IMG/VR virus record: IMGVR_UViG_3300028833_000002 | DNA from: a virus | Lineage: Duplodnaviria; Heunggongvirae; Uroviricota; Caudoviricetes | DNA length: 64,000 nucleotides | Reading direction: 5' to 3' (one strand) | Shown here: positions 1-10,728 of the stretch, piece by piece | Position numbering within the stretch: position 1 is the first letter of the stretch | Layout of the letters: each line of letters begins with the position of its first letter | The notes under the pieces: generated by a model | Seen by the model: the letters and a program-made list of their open reading frames with translations, nothing else | Database searches by the model: none | What the model was told of the DNA's origin: nothing | Made by a program: the position numbers and the translations under genes

Positions 1-1
1 T

Positions 2-1432
2 TTTGAAGCCGCTGTTGAGGAAGGTGCTACATACACATTCGACTGCGGAAACTATACATGGGTTGGTGTTCAGATGAAAAACGCATCTGGAGGCAACACT
101 CGTGCAGAATTAGGTCATGGACCTGACACTAGGTCAGTTACATTCACAGCAGCAGCAGGTGAAACACAGGCTGTAATGCGTTTCTATCCGGGCGGTGGCG
201 TTGAATTTGACCAAATTGATTGGACTAAGATTTCATACACTAAAGACGGGGAAACTGCTGGTGAATGTGCGGGCCGCAATGCCGCTGACATCGAACGACT
301 TGATGGGTCAGCAATAATACCACCGCTTGTTTCAACAAATATCGTAGATATACTTGCTAAGGGCACTCGTAATGACCCAATTTACTTAACTCTTATGGGA
401 GATTCAATTACCTATGGTTACTCAGCGAGCGATGGAAAGTCATGGGCAGCACGTCTTGCTTCTTATCTTTCTGAAAGATATTTGGCGGGGGTTGTTGTTC
501 AGAACACTGGTGTTTCAGGCTGGGTATCAACAGATGCTGTAAGAGATATTGAAACAGCAATGCCATCAAATTCAAATATCGTTATTGCAATGTTTGGTAC
601 AAATAACCGTAGAGGTTCAACAGAATTAAATGCTCTTTACGATGATTATACAACATTCTATAATCGTGCTCAGAGCATTGGCGCAAAATTCATTCCGGCT
701 TGTTGTACAGCAGAAACATTAGTTAACGAATCTCTTGGTCCTGCTGGTCCGGGCAAATACGTTACTGACATGAGTGAAATTCATAGAATCCTTTCAAGAT
801 GGGCGAAAGACCACAACCTTGAATTACTTGATTTGTATGAAGGATTACTTAAGTATTGTAATTATGACACAGATGCTTTTGATAAGCTCTTTAATCAAAC
901 TGAAACAACAAATGTGGGTGGTCAGAGCTACCCATTCCACATCCATCCTAACGATGATGGACATTACTTAATGTATAGACTTTTCTGTGAGAAGTTAGGA
1001 ATCGCGGCACCTGTTGAATACTTTTCTGCTCCTGTTGGCGGCGGCGGTGCAACAAAATACTTACACCGTATTTACCTTTATAGAAAAGGTTATTATTACA
1101 TTGGATTCGATTTGTTCACAAACTCAGATACATCGTTCCAAGGTGATACTTAGGAAGTATTCAATGCACTTGCAGCAGAATTCACAGCTCAAAACTTTAC
1201 CAACTTCTCATGGAGAAGTATTCCTCATGCAACTGGTTGGTATAGAGAAACATCTGATAGTACGGCTATTACAATCGGAGCAATATACTACGATGGTACT
1301 GACTTTGTTGGTATTCGTGAGGGTGTTTCATTATCAACATTTGCCGATGCAACGATTAAACTCACCAACATGAAGGCGTTCAGTTCTTCACCAAAGGGCA
1401 CAATATTTGACAACAACATCCAAGCTATTTAA
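2..1432 (+). CDS. SGNH/GDSL hydrolase-domain structural protein (5' partial; fibre or esterase); in-frame TAG at 1151-1153 read through to TAA at 1430
   Basis: The frame is open from the window edge. The GDSL block I motif MGDSITYGY and block III FGTNN are present. The ORF continues in the same frame past the TAG and ends at TAA. Confidence 0.6.
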
Positions 1433-1442
1433 ACATAATAAT

Positions 1443-1476
1443 GGGAGGGAGGAACCACCCTCTCTCCTTTTATTTT
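1443..1476 (+). terminator. rho-independent terminator
   Basis: Hairpin gggaggg/ccctctc followed by a T-run. Confidence 0.5.
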
Positions 1477-1514
1477 ATATTAAAGATTTCTACAAAATAA
1501 AAGAGGTGATTAAA

Positions 1515-1775
1515 ATGGCATGGCATACTTATGAATCCTCTGGTAATAGTATTATTGGCGCGAACGTTGAAGAATGTCCGATAACTCCAGACTTCTTAGG
1601 TCATAATACTATTGCTGTAAAGGCTAATGTTAATATAGAAGTCAATGGCAAAGTTTATCATTTAGATGGTATAGAGGGTAGCACAGACATAGATGTTGTC
1701 GGCCCATCTCTTAAAACTAATGATGACTTATATATATTAACCTACGACCAAAAATTTATTAATGTAAGGAGGTAA
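1515..1775 (+). CDS. hypothetical protein (87 aa)
   Basis: An AAAGAGGTGA ribosome-binding site lies 5 nt before the ATG. It follows a terminator. Confidence 0.5.
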   Translation: MAWHTYESSGNSIIGANVEECPITPDFLGHNTIAVKANVNIEVNGKVYHLDGIEGSTDIDVVGPSLKTNDDLYILTYDQKFINVRR

Positions 1776-4700
1776 TGTTAATGACATATGGTAGTGCACA
1801 TTATTGGGCTTCTGAAGACCTTAACACCACAGGTGAAAATGTCGGCATAACCCTTGATAGTATGTGTGATATTATCGCGGCGAATGACGTTACAAATGGT
1901 AATGCTGTTGTATTCATTCCGGGCGATATTGAACACGGACAGAAAGGACATTTTCGCCTTGGTGAAGGCGGTGGAAGTGGCGCAAACATTGATGCTAGTG
2001 CTTATTAGCTTGTTGTCGGTGACGGCGAAGGTAATGGTATTGGCGCACAAGGCGGTGCTGAAGCTTAGGAAGCCAATAAAATTTATTTAAAAAACAAGAG
2101 ATTAGGTCCAAATATTCCAACTCATGAAGATGATGGAACTCCATTGGAAAACGTTGATACTGGTTCTTTTACCATTTCTTCAAATGGTTTAGGTCATACT
2201 CATACTGAAACAGTTCATGATGAAGAACTTGATGAAGATGTAGAGGTATAGGTAGAGGATGATGGCTGGAAAGCTACGATTGAAGATTTAGCTAAAGTGC
2301 TTGCTACTGGTAAGAGTAAGGTTGAGATTGGTGAAAAGGATGCAGATTATAATTTAACTTTCTGGGGAGATACACTCAATGGTCCAGATATAAAAATTAA
2401 AGGTGCCGCAAAAATTGAAATGCTCGAAAAAGCAGTTGAAACTGACAATCCTGGCATTACAGCGATTTCAATGAGAGGTAATTCTCTTATTGATATGTCG
2501 AATGAGAAGGTCTATAATTATGACTGGAAAAATAGATATTTTCCAAATGGTAGTTCAGAACGACAAAATTATAGAAGATTAAGTCCTTTTATTAATAAAG
2601 ATGATGGCCCTATACTTCAACTTAAAGGTTCTCCGACTGTTATGTTTTAGGATGACGCCATCGTTAAAGTTGAAAATGGCTCTCTTGTTGAAGTGGGCGG
2701 TAACGCAAGAGTTCATATTGTTGGTGGCGAATGGATTAATAATGCAGCCCCAAATGCAATAAACGGACTCGAAGAGAAAAAAATAGTTAATATTATGGCT
2801 GGACCAGGTTTTTGGTCTGAGTTATATGGAAAAGATGATTTTTATAGTGTTTTAAACATGAATCCGGGTACACTAATATTAACAACGCAACTTCTAAAAA
2901 ATCAAATTCCAACATCTGGTGGCAGTGGTATTTATAGTTATCAATCATGTTTTTACGATACGGGCTATAGAGACACATATACACCGGGTTATTGTTTTGA
3001 TGCTTCAGATTGGAATGTTTTCCATCTTCGTAGAATAGCTCCGAAAAACTATGCTTCAAGCTCTGCCACAAAATATGATAATCAAAGGTTAAGAAGTAGA
3101 TTAGCTTCCCCAACTTTCAGTATGTCAAATGCAACTATGCTTAGCGTGACAGCAAGAGACGAGTCAGCAATTTGTTTAAATATTGGTGCTGCAGAGCACG
3201 GAACAATTGTAACAGATATAACTACAAATGGACATATCAATATCAAAGCCGGAATGGAACAGGGCGCTTCGTTCGTATACGATTTTGGTTCATAGCCAAA
3301 TGCAGATGCTGCGGTAAAGGTTGGATTTAGTGGTTGTTCAAGAATAGTTTTTCAGCCACAAGATGGCACAAGCATAAACTTTTCTCCAAGAGGGCCTTTT
3401 GGTTTTTTCATTAATGCAAAACATACAGAAATGAACTGGGAATGGGAAAAATTTTATGGTTTATTTGGCGGCCATGATGTTTTTGCTTAGGTTGACGGAA
3501 ATAGCCACTTTGAATCATGGAGCGGAACAGTTATTTTAAGAAACTCTAATAATTTAAGAGCTTATAATGGTTCTGATAACCCTAGATATGAATATTATCC
3601 TTACTTCCCATCTCCTGAAAAAAATCGTTCAGTTAATGGAACAATAACAGTAAATGCAGATTTGTCTGATACATCTATTGCTGATATTGAAAGTACATAT
3701 GGTAATCAGTTAAAGAGTGCAACTGCCTTAAATGCAGCAATAGCAAATGATTATACATGGACTGGTTTTTCTGGAACATCAAAATCAAAATTACCGGCAA
3801 TATATTATGAGACATTATCATGCTCTTCTTGTACTTGTGTGGGAACTATACCAAGTATAGTTCTTTATGGAGAATATGATACTTGGGATGAAATATATAA
3901 CTCGGAAGAATTTAAGCAGTGGGTAAAAACAAATTTAGGTTGCACTAATACTCCAACTTATAATTCTGTAACTGGAGGAGAGATTACTGGGAAATCCCAA
4001 TATAGCGATGGACGTTGGAGTTATAATGGCACTTTCCCTATAAATATAACTAATATTACTATAACAATTAGAAGTGGTAATTCAACAACTCCAATTGATG
4101 AGGCATATTCAAACTTTAAGATTATTTATAATGGTAGTAGTTCATATCCTGGCACAGTTGAAATGAGAAACAAAATTGTAAAAGACTTCTTAGATACTAA
4201 AGACTACTACCTAAGAAAAATCTTTAAACTTCCATCAAGCCCATATTTCTCTTATTCATCACTTACAGAAAATCAATATGAAGAATCAATTTCTTTAGAA
4301 GATATTACTTTTGACCAAACCGGTGGATATTATAATTATTATATAACTATTACAACTTCTACATATATAAATTTAAACAACACAACTGTAGAGCAGTTTT
4401 TACAAAATTCTTAGGTATTAGCTTCTTTAAGAAGTTCTTTTGGTAATTTTACATCAGTAGAGCCTTTGGAAAATGTAGACTTACAATATAGTCGTTATCA
4501 GTATAGCAGATATTACTATGCTATTAAAGGTATTAGGGTTCATTATGACAGCTGGCCATTAACTAATACATTCTACAGTAATAGCCCTAGCAGCGGCGGA
4601 ATGCTAAATTATCCGGGTGAAGATTTAAGTAGTTTAGACCCAGTAACACAGAATACTATAAAAAATAAAATTGAAACATCTTATACATCTAGTTATTATG

Positions 4701-5365
4701 GTGTCTGGGACTGGTCAAATGCAACTTTTGCTAACGACTATGCGGTTACAGAAACAGTAAGATACAGTGTTTCAACAACTTCTAATTATACAGGCAACAC
4801 AGAAACTCATCTTGGAAAGAGCTGGTATGGACCAATTCAAACAGCCGATAGAGTTGGCGATAAGGATTGGGATAGGTCTCCTATTATTCAAGCATACGGT
4901 CCAATAAACATCTGTGTAAGAGAGAAATATCAACCAGGTGTTGAATATAATACCACAATAACTACTAGTGAAAACGAATTTGATTTAACAGATATGAATC
5001 AAGCAATAAGAGATTTCGTAGCATCTAGTCATTACCAAGAATTACTGGATTACATTAGTAATAATTACTCTGGAAAAGAGCTTTATTACATTAATCGTAT
5101 CAATACTACTGCTTCTTCTACACAGTATGTAGTTTATTTCTTCCTTAAAGAAGATGATTGGGACTTAGAAGTGGCTTCAACTACTAATGTGCCTGTAGTT
5201 GATGTGACTGAAGGTTCAGAACTTCGTATGTATGGCGGCGCTAAGATTAAGGCCGTAACCAAGTATGGTGAAACAGTTTACGAATTTAGTAGTGCTGATT
5301 CAGATGAAGAATCTGTATCATTCACTCTTGCGGAACTTAAAGCACTTAAAAACTTATTATCTTAA
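1775..5365 (+). CDS. large tail-fibre-like structural protein (~1196 aa) with at least 7 in-frame TAG codons
   Basis: Track ORFs 1775, 2297, 2693, 3662 and 4466 are all in frame 2 and are separated only by TAG. There is no TAA or TGA for 3.6 kb. An AGGAGG ribosome-binding site precedes the start, and the gene ends at TAA. Confidence 0.6.
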
Positions 5366-5372
5366 TGAGAAT

Positions 5373-5400
5373 GGGGTCTACACAGGCCCCTTTCTTTATC
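5373..5400 (+). terminator. rho-independent terminator
   Basis: Hairpin ggggtc-tacaca-ggcccc followed by TTTCTTT. Confidence 0.55.
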
Positions 5401-5402
5401 TC

Positions 5403-5431
5403 TTTACTTTTTCCTCAAATTATGTTATAAT
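5403..5431 (+). promoter_or_regulatory. sigma70/sigmaA-type promoter, family copy 1
   Basis: TTTACT, 17 nt, TATAAT with extended TG (TATGTTATAAT), ahead of gene 5456. Confidence 0.5.
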
Positions 5432-5455
5432 AAAAATAAAAAAGGAGGAATTAAA

Positions 5456-6580
5456 ATGAATTTTGATAACACACTAGCAACATTCGGCTCAGACGGTGGC
5501 GGTGAATTCAAACGTGATATTGACCGTGAAGAATCCATTGGTTATTCAGATGGCTCTTTCGCCGCGAAATGGGAACCTTTCGCAACAGCCGAAGAGCCAA
5601 TCGTGCCGCAAATTGATGACAAAATCCGTGGTATGTCTTATGGTTACTTTGCTAATCGCGGCGAAATAACATCGAAGAACGGTCTTGCTTCTCAGAGAAC
5701 AATGTTCAATGTGGGATTTAATTGGACTTGTTTAACAGTGGTAAACTACCAAGAATCCTACCATTCTACAAACATCTTCGCAGACCATTTGCGCACTCCG
5801 TCAGACCATGACATCGAATCATTTGTCAACGCCGCACATGAACGAGGGGTTAAGGTATGTTTAAAGCCAATGGTTCATTCTCAGGACAATGTATGGCGTG
5901 CTTTCATAAGTTTTCCATCACACAACATGGATGACGTGGATGCTTATTGGAAGCCGTGGTTTGAATCCTATAAGAACTTCATTCTCCACTATGCTGAACT
6001 GGCGCAGAAACTCGGTGTTGAAATGTTTTGTATTGGATGCGAAATGCTTGGCGCAGAATATCGTGAAGCTGACTGGAGATACATTATCTCCGAAGTTCGC
6101 AGAGTTTATACTGGTATCGTAATCTACAACACTAACCATGACCACGAAGATACTCAGGGATGGTTTGACAGTCTAGACTACATCGGCACATCAGCATACT
6201 ACCCAGTAGGCGACCCAGACAACTCCTATGATGGCATGGTTAAAGCATGGACTGATATACGTTATCGTCTTGACGCAATCGCGGCGAGCCGTAATAAACA
6301 GTTCATCTTCATGGAAATTGGTTGCCGTTCTGTCAAAGGTGCATCAGCACATCCATGGGACTTTAACTATGACCTTCCATACAGCGAATATGAACAACTC
6401 ACATTCTACCAGTCATGTATGGACGTATTCTATGATGACCCATATTTCGCCGGCGTATTCTGGTGGGATTGGCCAACATATCTCCCAACATCCGTAGGCC
6501 GCGATTTCTACATCCACAACAAACTAACTGAAAAATACTTGTATGATTTTAATACGGCAAAGGGTTAGACAAAAACTTAA
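5456..6580 (+). CDS. TIM-barrel glycoside-hydrolase-like protein (possible depolymerase); TAG at 6566 read through
   Basis: An AAGGAGG ribosome-binding site precedes the start. The sequence has clan GH-A-like features (FMEIGC, CIGCEM). The assignment is by motif only. Confidence 0.5.
5558..5568. repeat. exemplar of the palindromic 11-mer TTCGCSGCGAA (TTCGCCGCGAA)
   Basis: Perfect palindrome inside a CDS. Confidence 0.6.
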
Positions 6581-6635
6581 TATCACTACATAAATAGAGA
6601 GGATAGAAATATTCTCTCTATTTTTATTTTATGAG

Positions 6636-7181
6636 GTGATTAATATGACAAGAAACGAATTAGTAAAGTCATTAGAGGCCGACCTTGGTAAACAGCTTGG
6701 CTCTAATTACAATTATGATTGGTGCGCTGCATATGTATCAGATAAACTTTTAAGACCAATTGGAGAAAAGTGGTTTAGTTCATGTACTCAGATGCGTGAT
6801 TACTTCAACCAGAAAGGTAGAGTAAACCATGATTATAGAACCGCTGAAATTGGTGATATTATCGAGTTTGACTGGGATTTAAGCGGCGATTGCGACCATG
6901 TAGGAATCATCGTAGATGTAGACTATGCTAAGGGTATTATCACAACAATTGAAGGCAACACAGACGGAAATCACTGGAAACTTTCAAAGGTTGCAAAGCA
7001 TACTTACAGCATGGATTACAAATACTTCGCAAACATTATCGACATGAGTTCTGTTTTCATGAATGAAGCACAGGAAAACAAACCAGCCGGCGGAGAACAG
7101 ACAGATACAGTTCTTAAGGCTGTAAAACTCATTATCGACGGCGAAGTAGTTTATGATGGCTACGCAAGAATTAAGAAGTAA
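6636..7181 (+). CDS. CHAP-domain peptidoglycan hydrolase (endolysin candidate)
   Basis: There is a conserved Cys in DWCAAYVS and a His in CDHVGIIV, typical of CHAP/NlpC-P60. A GAGGTGA ribosome-binding site is present. Confidence 0.65.
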   Translation: MINMTRNELVKSLEADLGKQLGSNYNYDWCAAYVSDKLLRPIGEKWFSSCTQMRDYFNQKGRVNHDYRTAEIGDIIEFDWDLSGDCDHVGIIVDVDYAKGIITTIEGNTDGNHWKLSKVAKHTYSMDYKYFANIIDMSSVFMNEAQENKPAGGEQTDTVLKAVKLIIDGEVVYDGYARIKK

Positions 7182-7194
7182 TGAGGTGAATTAA

Positions 7195-7518
7195 ATGGCA
7201 GAAGAATTAGTTAAAGAAGAAGTTGTTGAGGAAGCTCCTAAGAAAAAGAGGGGGCGTCCGAAGAAATCTGAAACTGCCGCAGAAACAGCAGTAGTAGAAG
7301 AAACAACTCCAGAAGTAGTTGCAGAAGAACCTGTAGCCGAAGAAGTTGCCGAAGTTGCCGTTGAACCTACTGTAGAAGTTCCTGTTGAAATCGTTACAGC
7401 AGAACCTACAAAGGCAGAAGTTGTTATTCCTTTCGCGGCGAAAGAAGCACCAAACTTCTACGCTGCTCGTGCAAACTCACCATTTAACGGCACAACAATT
7501 TCTTGTGTATTTAGATAA
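7195..7518 (+). CDS. acidic Glu/Val/Pro-rich protein with an AT-hook-like KKKRGRPKK
   Basis: A ribosome-binding site is present. The sequence is low-complexity. Confidence 0.45.
   Translation: MAEELVKEEVVEEAPKKKRGRPKKSETAAETAVVEETTPEVVAEEPVAEEVAEVAVEPTVEVPVEIVTAEPTKAEVVIPFAAKEAPNFYAARANSPFNGTTISCVFR
7432..7442. repeat. exemplar TTCGCGGCGAA
   Basis: Perfect palindrome inside a CDS. Confidence 0.6.
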
Positions 7519-7538
7519 TAACAACAGGCGGTGAGATT

Positions 7539-9146
7539 ATGGCACTTGATTATTCTATTGTTGATGGAATAATCAAAACTCTTATCTCCGGTATTGACGG
7601 TGATAAAAAAGTCACCGCAGAAAATTTCTCAGGAAAGGACTTAAAACAATTCATAGACCACCAAGATGTGTTCTGGGATGGACTTGTATAGTTCATGCAG
7701 AATGAAGATGTAAAGATGGGCAAGTATGGATTGAAGCAAGCTGATTTTCTCAATGAGGAAAACGCGGCAAGTGTTGTTGAATTTATCAATGACCATGCTG
7801 ACCTCATTGAGAATTTTCTTGATGATTGTCTTGAAAGAAAGACCGAACACTGGAACAAGAGTTTTGATAAGTTAATTGAAACTTTTAATGATATGGTTGT
7901 GGAAGATAAATAGATTGGTGAATCTATTTTTACAATAAATGATATTACTGCCGCAAATGCTGGTAATAGTTTTCGCGGCGGAGAATGGGTAAAGCCTTGG
8001 TAGAATGTTGGTGGTTATGATTATGCAGAGGTAAGAGGTAATGATAAGAACAGAGAAATTCTTGATAATCCTTAGTTCTTACAATACACACATAGAATTT
8101 TTGATAAGTTTATTAGACTTCTTATGCCGAAATATGATAGAACACTTGCTGTAGAAGACCTGAACAGAAACTTCTGGGTTATTGGTTAGGTTTTGGCGGC
8201 AATATTGGAGTTCTTGTTTAATGATGATAACCCTTATAAAGATGTGTTTGATGGGATATTAGATGAGATTGCTTAGTTGTGGGAGAATTTGTTATACCTT
8301 TGGATTGGATTTATTGCTATTTCTTAGAAGAAATAGATTGAAGATGTTTAGTTTATTGTTATGAGAGCCCCGGCTGATGATATTAGGAACTTTGAGAAAA
8401 GGGATGGGGCAATGATAAATGCAGGGGGTTTTGATTCTTTTTAGCAATTCTCAAATCTATTAAATTCTTTTAAAAGTAAGGTTGATTTTTTAAAAGATAT
8501 ATATACTAATAGTACAATCGTTGTATTGTTAGAAATTCCTATTTATAAAGCGGGTTATAACGATTGGCATTTTGCAAATTGCTTCGGATTATATGTTTAT
8601 AATAGGAGAGTTAGTAATGTAGGAAATTTCTTAACTGTTATGTATACAGCAAAAGATTTTGCAGTAGATACTTCTGAGCCAGAGTGGTAGTGTTATCCAA
8701 TAACATGTATTGCTTCGGCAAGAACTCATTACCGTTCGCCAAATAGTAATTTGGAAATTATTGATGATTAGGAGTCGTTAGTCGAAAACCCACCACTCAC
8801 AACCTTTATAAAAAATGGCAAAGAATACTCAATAATCACAGAAGTCCGTCCAGATAGAACAATCTGCGCGGCAAGAACCAAATACAACCTATCAATTACT
8901 TTTAGTGGCAAAGACATTACAGACTTAGGAATTACAATGGATTTCTATGATGTTGCTTATGAGTTGTTTGGTGCAGCATCATCAAAAGTATTAACGGTTA
9001 ACCTTGTTTTAGATAATAATGAAATGGTATATGACAGTCACCAAAGCTATACATTACCTTAGCTATCGGGGACTGTTAAAGTTGAAAAAGGAATATATTG
9101 GGGGGAAGTTTTAGCAGACTTTAACCAAAATATTCACTTTAATTAA
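7539..9146 (+). CDS. structural protein, paralogue A (~535 aa), about 13 in-frame TAG codons
   Basis: Frame 0 is open from ATG 7539 to TAA 9144 and is interrupted only by TAG. The region 7914-9146 has no track ORF because of TAG density. It aligns to 11188-13356 and 15246-15803 (LMP...VEDLNRNFWVIx[Q/TAG]). Confidence 0.55.
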
Positions 9147-9160
9147 AGAGGTGATAGAAA

Positions 9161-10153
9161 ATGGCAATAACAGGAACAGGAACATAGGGAGACCCTTTCG
9201 TAGTGCATAGTTACGAGGAATTTATATCGTTGTCTGGTCACGAACCAATAACTGGCACTAAGGCAGTTTATATCCAGTTTTTTGATACTCCAAATCGAAC
9301 CATAGATTGTAACGATTACGGTTCTGAATTTAAATGGGGTGAATTTACTGGTAATGCTCGTCTCTATGGAAACTGCACATATTATATAGACTTAAACGGA
9401 TGTACAATTAAGAACTTTTTAATTGAAGATGGGAAAACAATGTTTTTTGGAGAAGATCAGCATGAGTGGAATGGTTCATATACACGGATTGAAATTAGTA
9501 ACGGTGCAATAAGAAACGTATTCATGGGCTCAGCAACATCAAAGGTGTGCGGCGACTATGTAGAGTTTCATGATGTGTCGCTGTCAGTTAACGCTTCAGG
9601 AAGCACTGTTGTTCCGTTTGATGGCAATGGTCACATAATTATCGACAACACGGCTTTATATTTAGTCGCAAGCACTCTTAATACGTCGCTCATGAAAGGT
9701 GCCCGAATAACAGATACAGATATTGAACTGCATATAGCCAATCAGAATGAGAAAAATATATTCGATGCCACTCTTACGGATTGTCGTATACAGGGAAAAA
9801 TTAGTGGTAAAGGTATGCCTACAGGTCTGAATGCCGATACTTGCGTCTTGGACCACTGCGGTTTAAATTCAAAATCTCTTAATTACACAAATTGTGTAAT
9901 CGATTTGGATTTAACCGATAGTCGCATAATAAACTATGGCTTTGGCGGGTCAAGATACGATGTGTTCATCAACTATAATGGTTATGACTTCAACACAAAC
10001 GTAATTTGCAACTCGCATCATCCTAACGACACCGGACATGAATCATTTTATGGCTACCAGTCAGACTGGAACTTCATCTCACACACTCTCATGCGAAATG
10101 GGGCGTATTTAAACTCAAAAGGCTTTACAGTAGTTGAAGTGGTTGAAGGGTGA
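9161..10153 (+). CDS. hypothetical structural protein; TAG at 9185
   Basis: An AAAGAGGTGA ribosome-binding site precedes ATG 9161. The gene ends at TGA. Confidence 0.5.
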
Positions 10154-10158
10154 CCTGA

Positions 10159-10716
10159 ATGGCTGATTGGAAAATAGTAGACGGTAATCTACCGTTTAAA
10201 GACGGCTTTGCTGTAAGACCTACCGAGTTTGATGATTATCCTAACTGGATATGGCATAATGTAGCAGACGAGTTACCATACAAGGTTGTATTTCCTACTC
10301 TGTTTGCTATAGATGATGCGCCTAAAGCATTGTGGAAGATAAGCGATGATTTACCTTTTAAGTCATCGTTTGCTCCACGATTTATAATTGACGATGCACC
10401 AGCTTCGTTGTGGAAAATCATTGATGGGGATTTACCATTTAAAAGTTTGTTTCCAAAAAACTATGGAATTACAGATGTCCCTCTCGGCATTTGGGCAATA
10501 AAAGACGGGGACCTACCATATCGTAGAAACTTTCCACCAATGCCGGGGCCTCCAACAATGTGGGGTACCATCACAGAACTTACCCTTTCTCAAATGCACA
10601 ACTCCCCAATACTTCTCAAAACCCAAAAGTCCCAAGACGTACAAATTGGTGACACAACAATCCCACATCAAATCACAAAGCGCTTATTCGAAGGCATAGA
10701 TTGGGAATTAATATAA
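10159..10716 (+). CDS. tandem-repeat protein (5 copies of ~22-aa DDAPxxLWKIxDGDLPFKSxF)
   Basis: Internal repeats are visible in the translation. The gene ends at TAA. Confidence 0.55.
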   Translation: MADWKIVDGNLPFKDGFAVRPTEFDDYPNWIWHNVADELPYKVVFPTLFAIDDAPKALWKISDDLPFKSSFAPRFIIDDAPASLWKIIDGDLPFKSLFPKNYGITDVPLGIWAIKDGDLPYRRNFPPMPGPPTMWGTITELTLSQMHNSPILLKTQKSQDVQIGDTTIPHQITKRLFEGIDWELI

Positions 10717-10728
10717 GGAGGTAGTAGT

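Noticed and set aside
1775-5365. Frameshifts or pseudogenisation as the reason for the fragmented ORFs
   Set aside because: Adjacent fragments are always in the same frame, and the only interrupting codon is TAG. TAA and TGA are never internal.
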